A DNA stretch of 64,000 nt from Treponemataceae bacterium (GTDB lineage: Bacteria; Spirochaetota; Spirochaetia; Treponematales; Rectinemataceae), in assembly GCA_963677895.2 (NCBI GenBank), contig CAXXGJ010000038.1, forward strand, positions 256,001 through 320,000, written 5' to 3'. The translations under genes were made by a program, and so were the position numbers. Position 1 is the first letter of the stretch. Each line of letters opens with the position of its first letter. Below the pieces are notes generated by a model. That model did no database searches. It worked only from the letters and a program-made list of their open reading frames with translations, and had not been told where the DNA came from. Positions 9,555 to 18,245 of this stretch are shown one piece after another.

Positions 9555-11342
9555 TCACATCACTTCAAGAAAGGGAATGCAGAGCATTTCGCATACGGCT
9601 TCGAGCGTGGCCTTTACCGACCTCACGAGCGCGACCCTGCTGGCCGAAAGATCGGGATCGGCGCTGTTCAGCACTTGGTTGTCCCTGTACCAGGAGGAAA
9701 AGTCCGAGGCTACATCGTGGGCATATGCCGCCATAACCGAAGGTTCCTTGGTTCTCGCCGCGAGTTCGAGGGATTCGGGGAAGGAGGTCAGCCTGCGTAT
9801 GAGATTCCAGTCGGAATCGCTCGAGAGCGCCGCCATCGACACGGTTCCCTTTTGCGCGTTTCCCTCGCCCTGCCCGTATTTGCGAAGTATGGAGCTGGCC
9901 CTGGCTCCCATGTACTGGATGTAGGGGCCTGTATTTCCCGTGAAGGATAGGGATTGTTCCGGATCGTAGAGCATGTCTTTCGTGGGGGAGGTCTGAAGGA
10001 GATAGTAATGAAGGGCTCCCAGCGCGACCTTCTCGGCGACGGTCTTCACGTCGCCCACCGTCGCGTCGCGGCCCTTGGCTACGATTTCCTTTTCCGCCAG
10101 GCTCGCCAGCTCGTCGATGAGATCGTCCGCGTCCACCACCGTGCCTTCCCTCGTCTTCATTCTTCCCGACGGAAGGTTCACGAGCCCGTAGGCCAGATGG
10201 TAGAGGTTGGCGGCCCAATCGTAGCCGAGCCTTTTCAGGATCTCGAAGAGGGCTTTGAAATGGTACTGCTGCTCGCTGGCCACCACGTAGATGAGCTGTT
10301 CGAAAGGCCAGTCGGCATGGCGGTATATGGCCGTGCCAATGTCCTGGGTGATGTAGATGCTCGTTCCGTCCTTGCGCAGCAGGACTTTCCTGTCGAGGCC
10401 GATATCCTCGAGATTGACCCAGATTGAGCCGTCGTCCTCCCGATAGAAGATGCCATTCCGCAAGCCCTCAAGGACCTTGTCCTTGCCCTTCATATAGGTG
10501 AGGCTTTCGTAGTAGTAGGCGTCGAAATCCACGCCCTGCCGGGCATAGGTGGTCTTGATGCCGTCCACGGCCCATTTGTTCATCTTCTTCCAGAGCGCGA
10601 TGACCTCGGGATCGCCTGCTTCCCACTTCTGCAGAAGCTCCTGGGCCTTTTCCTCGGCTTTGGGATCCTCTGCCTTCAACGTATTGAAGAGCACGTAATA
10701 TTTGCCCACGAAGTGATCGCTCTTGAGCCCTTCGTCCTCGGGACTGTGCCCCTGGCCGTAGGCCATGTAGGCAAGCATCGATTTGCATATGTGGACGCCG
10801 CGGTCGTTGATGAGGTTCACTTTCCTCACATCGGCGCCGGCCGCCTTGGTGATCCTGGAGAGCGACTCTCCGAGGATGTTGTTACGCAGGTGGCCCAAAT
10901 GCAGTGGTTTGTTCGTATTGGGGCAGGAAAATTCGATCATGACCTTGCGGCCGGCCATGGGTTTGGAGGAATTCCAGTCGGGGCTTTCGCCGCGCCGGAG
11001 TATTTCAGCGCCAGCGGCGACGCGGTTCAGGAAGACATTGAGATAAGGTCCCACAGCCTTCGCGGTTCCGCTGGCTCCGGTCGAGCCGCTGTCAGCAGCC
11101 GAGCCGTCCTTCCCTGTTCCCAGCAGTCTTTCCAATTCCAGCGCTATGGCCGCCGGGCTCTTCTTCAAAAGCTTGGCGTAGCCGAACATCGGAAAACCTA
11201 TGTCGCCCAGTTCGGGTTTGGGAGGGAATTCCACGACTATGGCGTCCAGGTCTATGGCCGCGACATCCAGGCCGCAACTCGCCGCCATTTCCCGCAGCGC
11301 CTGGTGGACGCGCTCTTTCCAAAGTCTCTTGATATCGGTCAT
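9555..11342 (-). CDS. argS: Arginyl-tRNA synthetase
   Basis: EFSCPNTNKPLHLGHLRN (HIGH motif), MKTREG, GNTGPYIQY, C-terminal EVM. Confidence 0.97.
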   Translation of the reverse strand: MTDIKRLWKERVHQALREMAASCGLDVAAIDLDAIVVEFPPKPELGDIGFPMFGYAKLLKKSPAAIALELERLLGTGKDGSAADSGSTGASGTAKAVGPYLNVFLNRVAAGAEILRRGESPDWNSSKPMAGRKVMIEFSCPNTNKPLHLGHLRNNILGESLSRITKAAGADVRKVNLINDRGVHICKSMLAYMAYGQGHSPEDEGLKSDHFVGKYYVLFNTLKAEDPKAEEKAQELLQKWEAGDPEVIALWKKMNKWAVDGIKTTYARQGVDFDAYYYESLTYMKGKDKVLEGLRNGIFYREDDGSIWVNLEDIGLDRKVLLRKDGTSIYITQDIGTAIYRHADWPFEQLIYVVASEQQYHFKALFEILKRLGYDWAANLYHLAYGLVNLPSGRMKTREGTVVDADDLIDELASLAEKEIVAKGRDATVGDVKTVAEKVALGALHYYLLQTSPTKDMLYDPEQSLSFTGNTGPYIQYMGARASSILRKYGQGEGNAQKGTVSMAALSSDSDWNLIRRLTSFPESLELAARTKEPSVMAAYAHDVASDFSSWYRDNQVLNSADPDLSASRVALVRSVKATLEAVCEMLCIPFLEVM

Positions 11343-11404
11343 CGCATATTTCTCCGCAATCTTCGCTAAGGTTATCCGATACTATCGCTTCGGGGCTCTG
11401 TCGT

Positions 11405-13375
11405 TCAAGGCTGCGAAGCGGCAAACATGGCGAGCAGTTCATCCTCGCCGATGATGGTCACGCCATATTCCCTCGCCTTCCGGTTCTTGTCGGATCCCGA
11501 CCCGGGATCGTTGGTAACAAGGAAATCCAGATCCTTCACGACTGAGGATTTGGCCGTGCCCCCGAGATCCCTTATTTTCTTTTCGGCTTCAGGTCTTTTC
11601 ATCGATCGAAGTTCCCCGGTAAAGCAGAAGCTCTTGCCGGCAATCGGGTTCCCGGGAGCCTCCAGCCCCGAAACGACGGCAGGTTCCTTGATCCTTACGG
11701 CGCCTCCTTCAAGAAGGTGCTTCATCTCGTCCTTCACCGCGGCAATTCCCTTGATTATACTGGCAGCCATCGTCTCGGCTATGCCGTCAATCTTTATGAG
11801 ATCGGCATCGGCCGCGCCGAACAAGGCATTCAAAGTCGGGAATCCTCCCTTCACGAGCTTGTCGGCCACGAGGAGTCCGATGTTTTCCAGATCGAATCCC
11901 GCGATGAACTCGGCCAGGCTGACTTCCTTGACGGCGTGGAGATTGCGGAGCACCTTCTGCGCCGAAATCTTCCCCATATGCTCAATCCCCTGCAGTTCCT
12001 CGACGGTGAGGCTATAGAGATCGGCGATAGTTTTCACCTTCCCCGCCTCATGAAGCCGCCTTACGAGAGCCGAGCCGAAATCCCTTATATCCAGGATGGT
12101 GAGCCACTTTTCCACTCGGTGGAGCTCTTTCTTGGGACAAAGCTCGTTCGGGCAGTAGAGCCTCGTCCCTTCATCGACCAGCGGCGTTCCGCAGGTTCCG
12201 CAGACGCTGGGCTGCTCGATTTCGGAGGCTCCGGGCGGATTTTCCACGAGCGTCTCGATCTTGGGTATGATTTCGCCGCGTTTGGTTATCACGACCACGG
12301 AACCCAGTTTCAGCTGCATGGAGCGGATCATGTCGGGATTGCAGAGATTGGCGCGCTGGACCGTCGTGCCGGCGAGGCGCACCGGATCGACAATGCCGAT
12401 GGGCGTATAAAGGGCTCCCGATTCGCTCCATTCGATGGCCTTTAGCCTCGTCACCGCCTCTTCGGGGCTGAACTTGAAGGCTATCTGCTTTTCGGGCCGG
12501 GGTTTCGCGAGATCTTCCTCGTCTATGGCGAGGCCTTTTACAACGAGGCCGTCAATATCGTATTCCAGACTGGGGCGCAAGGCCATTATCCTGCCCCTGT
12601 AGTCGATCACTTCCTTCGCGTTCTCGAAAATCCGCGTCGCAACCACCGAAAAACCCATCCTGGCCAGCCAATCGAGCTTTTCCAGTTCGTTCTTAAACGG
12701 AGAAGCCCCATCGGCGGAGCTGTCCGCATTGCCGAATAGATCCGCTTCCTTTTTGGAAGCGACGCTTCCCATGGCATCGTAACAGATGACAGCCAGGTCT
12801 TCGCAGCCGACGCCGTCCTTGCGCTTCATGATTCCGTTGGCGGCGTTCCTGCAATTGGCCTTGTCGGCGTATTTTTCGTCATGGACGCGCCTGGACATGA
12901 GGACTTCGCCGCGCACGCCGCCCGTAAAGGCCGAAGGCAAGGTATCGGGCAGCCCGATCATCCTGCGCGCGTTCGGCGTTATATCGTCGCCTATCGTTCC
13001 GTCCCCGCGCGTCACCGCGCGCACGAGAAGGCCGTTTCGATACTGGATTTCCAGGCTTGCCCCATCCATCTTGTACTGCACGATATACTTTTCGAACTTC
13101 ATCTTTCCGGCCCAGGCTTCGAAGGACTCGGGGTCGGTAGCCTTGGCCTGGCTTCCCATTGGAATGGTATGTCTGACTTTTGGCCAGCCATCGGCCTTGT
13201 CCTCGCCGATCCTGCGCAAAAGCGCGTTGGCCGGATCCAGGTCTTCCAGTTCGGTCCAGAGCGCGTCGAATTCTTCGTCGCTTATCGTCGGCTCGGCGTT
13301 ATAGTAGAGCCGCTGATGCGTCACGATAAGCTTTTCCAGTTCGGCGACGCGCTCCGTTCTCGTAAGTTCTGCCAT
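11405..13375 (-). CDS. ligA: NAD-dependent DNA ligase
   Basis: KMDG adenylation motif, TRGDG, IDGLVVK, AFKF, C4 zinc finger, HhH repeats, BRCT domain. Confidence 0.97.
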   Translation of the reverse strand: MAELTRTERVAELEKLIVTHQRLYYNAEPTISDEEFDALWTELEDLDPANALLRRIGEDKADGWPKVRHTIPMGSQAKATDPESFEAWAGKMKFEKYIVQYKMDGASLEIQYRNGLLVRAVTRGDGTIGDDITPNARRMIGLPDTLPSAFTGGVRGEVLMSRRVHDEKYADKANCRNAANGIMKRKDGVGCEDLAVICYDAMGSVASKKEADLFGNADSSADGASPFKNELEKLDWLARMGFSVVATRIFENAKEVIDYRGRIMALRPSLEYDIDGLVVKGLAIDEEDLAKPRPEKQIAFKFSPEEAVTRLKAIEWSESGALYTPIGIVDPVRLAGTTVQRANLCNPDMIRSMQLKLGSVVVITKRGEIIPKIETLVENPPGASEIEQPSVCGTCGTPLVDEGTRLYCPNELCPKKELHRVEKWLTILDIRDFGSALVRRLHEAGKVKTIADLYSLTVEELQGIEHMGKISAQKVLRNLHAVKEVSLAEFIAGFDLENIGLLVADKLVKGGFPTLNALFGAADADLIKIDGIAETMAASIIKGIAAVKDEMKHLLEGGAVRIKEPAVVSGLEAPGNPIAGKSFCFTGELRSMKRPEAEKKIRDLGGTAKSSVVKDLDFLVTNDPGSGSDKNRKAREYGVTIIGEDELLAMFAASQP

Positions 13376-13437
13376 GGCGGAATGATAGTATGGCCATTAA
13401 GTTCTTGTCAAAGGTTACGTCTGTCTATAGCTTCGCA

Positions 13438-13466
13438 TTGCAAAATCGGCTGTTCCATCCTACAAT
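13438..13466 (+). promoter_or_regulatory. Sigma70-type promoter of the loaP-xdh operon
   Basis: TTGCAA-17-TACAAT, 35 nt upstream of ATG 13502; divergent from the ligA promoter. Confidence 0.65.
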
Positions 13467-13501
13467 GTACGCCTGTAAAGAATGCTACTCAAAGGCAGGC
13501 C

Positions 13502-14077
13502 ATGAATTTTTTTGCTATCCAGGTGATGACCGGCAGGGAAGATGACTTCATAGAGCTTTTCTCGAAGTCCCGACCCGATCAACCGCTTTACAACATCAAA
13601 AAAAAGCTCAAATCCAGACGAAGAGGAAAGGTTGTTTTTCTCATGAACTGTCTTTTTCCGGGATATGTCTTTTTTCAATATCCCGAGGAAAAGCCTTCCG
13701 CCGAACTCATAAGGATTTTCAGGCGCACGAGACATTTCGCGCGCGTACTGCCGGCCACCGACGGCATCAAGCCCTTGAGCGACCGGGATTCGGAGATCAT
13801 ACGCCACCTTCTCTCCTTCGGCAGGGAGATAGGCTCCTCGCTCGTATCTTTCGATGAAAACAACCGCATAAAGGTGATCCAGGGACCGATGATGGGGCTG
13901 GAAGGCCGTATCATCAAGGTGGACAAGAGAAAACGAAGAGCCAAGATCAAGTTCGAGATGACCGATTCGCCCATAACGTTCGACCTAGGCTTTGAAATTC
14001 TGGAAGCGGTCAAGGATACGCCCAAGGATATCTCCAGGGCCGAGGCTGAGGATACGGCTATGGAGGCGGGCCATTGA
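13502..14077 (+). CDS. loaP: NusG paralog, LoaP-type processive antiterminator
   Basis: NGN domain MNFFAIQVMTGRE...LFPGYVF; KOW domain IKVIQGPMMGLEGRIIKVDKRKRRAKI, carrying the basic patch typical of LoaP. Start set at ATG 13502. Confidence 0.85.
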   Translation: MNFFAIQVMTGREDDFIELFSKSRPDQPLYNIKKKLKSRRRGKVVFLMNCLFPGYVFFQYPEEKPSAELIRIFRRTRHFARVLPATDGIKPLSDRDSEIIRHLLSFGREIGSSLVSFDENNRIKVIQGPMMGLEGRIIKVDKRKRRAKIKFEMTDSPITFDLGFEILEAVKDTPKDISRAEAEDTAMEAGH

Positions 14078-16161
14078 CGGAAAAGAACGCTTCCGAGGCA
14101 TTGCCCCTTCTCAGTTCCATGCAATTCCCGGGCATGCTGTACGCTTCCACGATTCGTTCCGCCGCGGTAAGGGCGAAAAATTTCAAGATTACCCGGCCTA
14201 AGCTTCCCTCCGGGTATCGCTGCATTGTCGCCTCGGATATCGCGGAGGAAAACATTCCTTTGATTTTCGGCGACGACTTCTTCCTCTTCGCCGAAAAGGC
14301 CATTTCCTATAAGGGTGAGGCTCTCGGATTGATCACGGGGCCGGATCCTGCTATTTGCGACGAACTCGCTGGATCCGTAGCCGTCGAATACGAAGAGGAA
14401 GAACCCCAGCTGGAATGGGAAAGCTTCTCTTCCTCGCAGATCGACTACAAATACGCGATCGACTACGGGGATGTAGACCTCGCTTTTGAAAAAAGCCAGC
14501 ATATAGAGCGCGCGGTCTACAGAAACGGGATTTTCGACCACCATTACAGCGAACCCATGGGAGCCATCGCCAACTGGGAATACGACAAGATGGCCATCTA
14601 CTGCGCCTCCCAATGGCCCTCGGATGTGAGAAGGTCCGTGGCCGCCATCATGCGGGTGCCGGAAGCGGACATCGTCGTAAGACCTACCGATTTGGGCAGA
14701 TCGCTCGACGGGCGCCTATGGTTCCCCTCTATCGTAGCCTGCCAGGCAGCCATAGCGGCAAAAGTCTGCAAGAAGCCAGTGAAGCTGCTCTATACGCGAA
14801 AAGAAGATTTCCTTCGCACCCCCAAACAGGCCCGGAGCGCCGTCACCATTAAATCGGCCACCAACGAACAAGGCAGACTCCAGGCGCTCGACATCAAGAT
14901 CATCATCAATATCGGCATCTATAATCCCCTGGCACGGGAACTTGTCCACCAGGCGGCCGCCGCTATCACGGGCATCTACGCCTGCCCTTCGATACGGCTC
15001 GAGGCCTATGCCATCAAGAGCAACATCATTCCTCTGGGCGCCATGGGGAGCATCGGCGCGACGCATGCCTTCTTCTCCATCGAATCGCATCTGAATCATC
15101 TCGCGAAAACATTGGGCAAGACTCCCGCCGAAATCAAGATGCTGAATATGCTCGCTAAAGGTTCATCCAACTTCGGGAGCAAACCTCTCGACTATGAGAT
15201 TCCCTTCGCGAAAATCCACAAGAAGCTTGAAAAAATTTCTGATTACCGACGAAAGTACGCCAGCTACGAACTCGTCAAAAAAAGGGATCCGGGATGCCGG
15301 GAAGGCATCGTCCGCGGCATCGCTCTCACCGTGGGCTATCAAACAGGACAGACTTTTTCCAATCAACCCTTGATGAATGCCTATTCTGTCGAGACTACCC
15401 TCGACAGAGACCTGAATCTCATCATCAACACTCAAGCATCCATCGGCTCGGAAAGCCTCAAGGCGATGTGGAAGACGACAGCCTCCGCCCTCCTCTCGAT
15501 TCCGCCCGAGACCATACATTTTCCTCCCCCCGATACGGACAAGACGAATCCCTGCGGTCCTTTGACCTTGTCGCGCGGCGCATCAACGGTAAATAAGCTG
15601 ATTGAAAGAACCTGCAAGGCAATCCAGAAAAAGCGTTTCAGGGAAAGCCTGCCCATCGTCGCGAAGGTACAGAACCGCTCACCTAAAAACTCCGGTCTCG
15701 ACAAGAGTCCGGCGCAGGGCAACATTTTTCTGGATTCGGCTTCCTGGTGCGGCACGGCTGTTGAAATCGAGATCGACACGATCAGCGGCGAGCCAAAGCC
15801 TCTCGCGGTCTGGATGGTCGTCGACGCCGGCAAGATTGTCTCCAAGGAGAAGGCTCTTTCCTCTCTCCGTTCTTCAATAATAAGCGCCCTCAACCTATGC
15901 ACCGGCGCCGACTTCAATCCCGAAGGCATCGAGAGCGAGGAATATCTTCGCGATCGGAACCTGAGTCTCCTGGACCTTCCCGCCATCGGCATAGAATTCA
16001 TTGATTCTGAAAAAACAAGCGTGGCTCGCGGTTTGGGTGAACTGCCTTTCATCACCGTACCGGCCGCTTTTTACAGCGCCCTGACCCAGGCGCTCGGCGT
16101 AGAGCCTCGCCAGCTGCCCCTGCAGGGAAGCGAAATTCTCAAGCTCCTGGAGACCACATGA
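14074..16161 (+). CDS. Xanthine dehydrogenase/aldehyde oxidase family large subunit (divergent)
   Basis: GMLYA.TIRS, HHYSEP, KPVKLLYTRKEDF, VDAGKIV, RGLGELP; TTG start overlaps the loaP stop codon. Confidence 0.85.
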   Translation: MTEKNASEALPLLSSMQFPGMLYASTIRSAAVRAKNFKITRPKLPSGYRCIVASDIAEENIPLIFGDDFFLFAEKAISYKGEALGLITGPDPAICDELAGSVAVEYEEEEPQLEWESFSSSQIDYKYAIDYGDVDLAFEKSQHIERAVYRNGIFDHHYSEPMGAIANWEYDKMAIYCASQWPSDVRRSVAAIMRVPEADIVVRPTDLGRSLDGRLWFPSIVACQAAIAAKVCKKPVKLLYTRKEDFLRTPKQARSAVTIKSATNEQGRLQALDIKIIINIGIYNPLARELVHQAAAAITGIYACPSIRLEAYAIKSNIIPLGAMGSIGATHAFFSIESHLNHLAKTLGKTPAEIKMLNMLAKGSSNFGSKPLDYEIPFAKIHKKLEKISDYRRKYASYELVKKRDPGCREGIVRGIALTVGYQTGQTFSNQPLMNAYSVETTLDRDLNLIINTQASIGSESLKAMWKTTASALLSIPPETIHFPPPDTDKTNPCGPLTLSRGASTVNKLIERTCKAIQKKRFRESLPIVAKVQNRSPKNSGLDKSPAQGNIFLDSASWCGTAVEIEIDTISGEPKPLAVWMVVDAGKIVSKEKALSSLRSSIISALNLCTGADFNPEGIESEEYLRDRNLSLLDLPAIGIEFIDSEKTSVARGLGELPFITVPAAFYSALTQALGVEPRQLPLQGSEILKLLETT

Positions 16162-16646
16162 TCATAGACATGAATGTGAACGGCGAGACGAAACACCTCC
16201 AGGCGCGAAGCGGCGATCGACTCGTCGATGTCCTTCGCGACGAGCTCTCCCTATCCAGCCTCCTCCCCGATTGCCTTTCGGGCAAATGCGGCCGCTGTTT
16301 CATATTTATGGACGGACGCCTCGTCCTTTCCTGCCTCGTCCCCGCCTTCAAGGCGAAAGGATCGACCATACAGAGCTATGAGGCGTTCAAGGAAATGCCT
16401 GACGTCAAGGAGATAATCCTGGCCATGGAAAAGGCCGAGGCACTTCCCTGCGCTTTCTGCAGGACGGGGAAGATCATGGCCATTCTCGACCTGCTAGGTC
16501 GCAGCCCCCTTCCCGAAGAGAAAGAAATACTGAAACAGCTGGACATGGTGGCCTGCCCGTGCACGGATCCGGTCTCGCTCGTAAAAGCGGTCGGCATCGC
16601 CGCGGAAATGCGCAATAAAAGGAAATTCAACCGTGCGGATAAGTGA
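16158..16646 (+). CDS. Xanthine dehydrogenase family 2x[2Fe-2S] small subunit
   Basis: C-x4-C-x2-C-x11-C (DCLSGKCGRC...SC), CAFC and CPC. Confidence 0.88.
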   Translation: MIIDMNVNGETKHLQARSGDRLVDVLRDELSLSSLLPDCLSGKCGRCFIFMDGRLVLSCLVPAFKAKGSTIQSYEAFKEMPDVKEIILAMEKAEALPCAFCRTGKIMAILDLLGRSPLPEEKEILKQLDMVACPCTDPVSLVKAVGIAAEMRNKRKFNRADK

Positions 16647-17460
16647 ACCATACTACCCGACCTCTACGGCCGAGATTCTCGCGCTCCTTCGCTCCAATCC
16701 CGAGATCCAGATTCTGGCCGGCGGGACTGAAATTGTCGGATCGCAGATGACCCGAGCCCTGGAATTTCCCGCCCAGGTAGCGTCCATAGCCAAGGTTCAG
16801 GAACTAAGAAAAACCATCCGTACGGAACAATTTATCGAACTAGGTTGCTGCACGACACTCACCGGCCTTCTGTCGCTTACCCCAGGCACGCTCCCCGACC
16901 CGCTCCCGGAAATCATAGATTCCATCGCCAATCATGCCATCCGCAATATAGCCACGATTGGGGGAAACCTCTGCTGCCGTTTCCGTTTCATGGATCTATG
17001 GCCTTATTTGGCATGCATGGACGCTCAAGTTGAACTAAAGACTCCTTCGGGAACCCGATGGGCCAGCGTCTCGCATTTGTGCGGCGAGGATGGGAAGCCG
17101 AATTTCCCGCGGACGGCGCTGCTCTCCAGAGTGAGAATCCCTCTTTATTCGTATAACTTCATATTTTACCGCAAGCTTGGCCCAGGGCTATTTCCCGGTC
17201 CGGAAACGGCGTCATTCGTCTGTATGGCCAACATCGAGCGAGGGAAAATAGAGGATTTCCGACTGGCCTTCGCCGGCGTGAAGGCATTCCGGCTAAAGGA
17301 CAGGGAAATGGCCATCGCGGGAAAAAAGACTTCTTCGGCATCCAAGGAAATACAGGCTATCATAGATGACTACATGAACGCCTTTGAAAGCCAGGACTGG
17401 TTCGACCGCCGCCTCTTCCTGTCGCTGCTCGAGGAAGCTTTTGAAAGGCTGTTCTCATGA
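16633..17460 (+). CDS. Xanthine dehydrogenase family FAD-binding subunit
   Basis: ILAGGTE and IRNIATIGGNL motifs. Confidence 0.88.
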   Translation: MRISEPYYPTSTAEILALLRSNPEIQILAGGTEIVGSQMTRALEFPAQVASIAKVQELRKTIRTEQFIELGCCTTLTGLLSLTPGTLPDPLPEIIDSIANHAIRNIATIGGNLCCRFRFMDLWPYLACMDAQVELKTPSGTRWASVSHLCGEDGKPNFPRTALLSRVRIPLYSYNFIFYRKLGPGLFPGPETASFVCMANIERGKIEDFRLAFAGVKAFRLKDREMAIAGKKTSSASKEIQAIIDDYMNAFESQDWFDRRLFLSLLEEAFERLFS

Positions 17461-18230
17461 ACGGTAAAACTTCCGGAAAACTCTTTCTCCTCCCTGCACC
17501 CCTGCAACCCTACGAAGCGGAAAGCTGGGATCCCGCCATGCTCGCGCATTCGCTGCCCGCCGAAGCCCTGCGTCTTCTCGGCTCGCTGGATTTTTTCATC
17601 GTGGAATCGGAACGCACCGCGCTTCGGCTTCTTTCGAGACTGAAGAATAGGGAGTCGATGGAAAAGCTTTCCATGAAAATCCTGGACGAACACAGCAGGG
17701 AGTCAGATATTCCCGGCCTCCTCGCGGAAGTGCTCGACGGCCGGGACTGCGGATTCTTCACCGAGGCGGGAATGCCCTGCATAGCCGATCCGGGGGCGGC
17801 CCTCGTTTCCTTCGCCCACTCCAAGGGGATTCCCGTCCTGCCCATCTCCGGTCCTTCCTCCATTATTCTCGCGCTCACCGCCTCGGGGATAGACGCGCAG
17901 CGTTTTGCTTTCCTGGGCTACCTCCCGCAGGAAAAGATCGCGCGGCGCTCGGCGGTTCAGCGGCTGCTCAAAGACCAGAAGAGCGATGGGATGACGAGGA
18001 TTTTCATCGAGACACCTTATAGGAACGACGCGCTGCTGGCCGATCTTGCCAGCCTTGTTCCGGACGATCTGTGGCTATGTGTAGCTTCAGGTCTATGCGG
18101 TTCGGAGGAAAGCATACTGAGCAGACCCGGCGTCCAATGGCGGGCCGCTCCCCTTCCGAAAATAGGCAAGATCCCCGCCGTCTTCCTTTTCGGGCAAAGG
18201 GCGGGCCTCAAGCCCAAAAACACTCGCTGA
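17457..18230 (+). CDS. RsmI-like SAM-dependent methyltransferase (tetrapyrrole methylase fold)
   Basis: EAGMPCIADPG, GPSSIILALTASG, FAFLGYLP, FIETPYRN. Confidence 0.85.
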   Translation: MNGKTSGKLFLLPAPLQPYEAESWDPAMLAHSLPAEALRLLGSLDFFIVESERTALRLLSRLKNRESMEKLSMKILDEHSRESDIPGLLAEVLDGRDCGFFTEAGMPCIADPGAALVSFAHSKGIPVLPISGPSSIILALTASGIDAQRFAFLGYLPQEKIARRSAVQRLLKDQKSDGMTRIFIETPYRNDALLADLASLVPDDLWLCVASGLCGSEESILSRPGVQWRAAPLPKIGKIPAVFLFGQRAGLKPKNTR

Positions 18231-18245
18231 ACGAAAGCGAGTCCA

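Noticed and set aside
11343..11404. T-box or riboswitch ahead of argS (or metG)
   Set aside because: The intergenic space is far too short and has no T-box motif; metG appears leaderless.
12881..13501. Long N-terminal extension of the LoaP ORF
   Set aside because: It is antisense to ligA and upstream of the predicted promoter; the NGN domain begins at ATG 13502.
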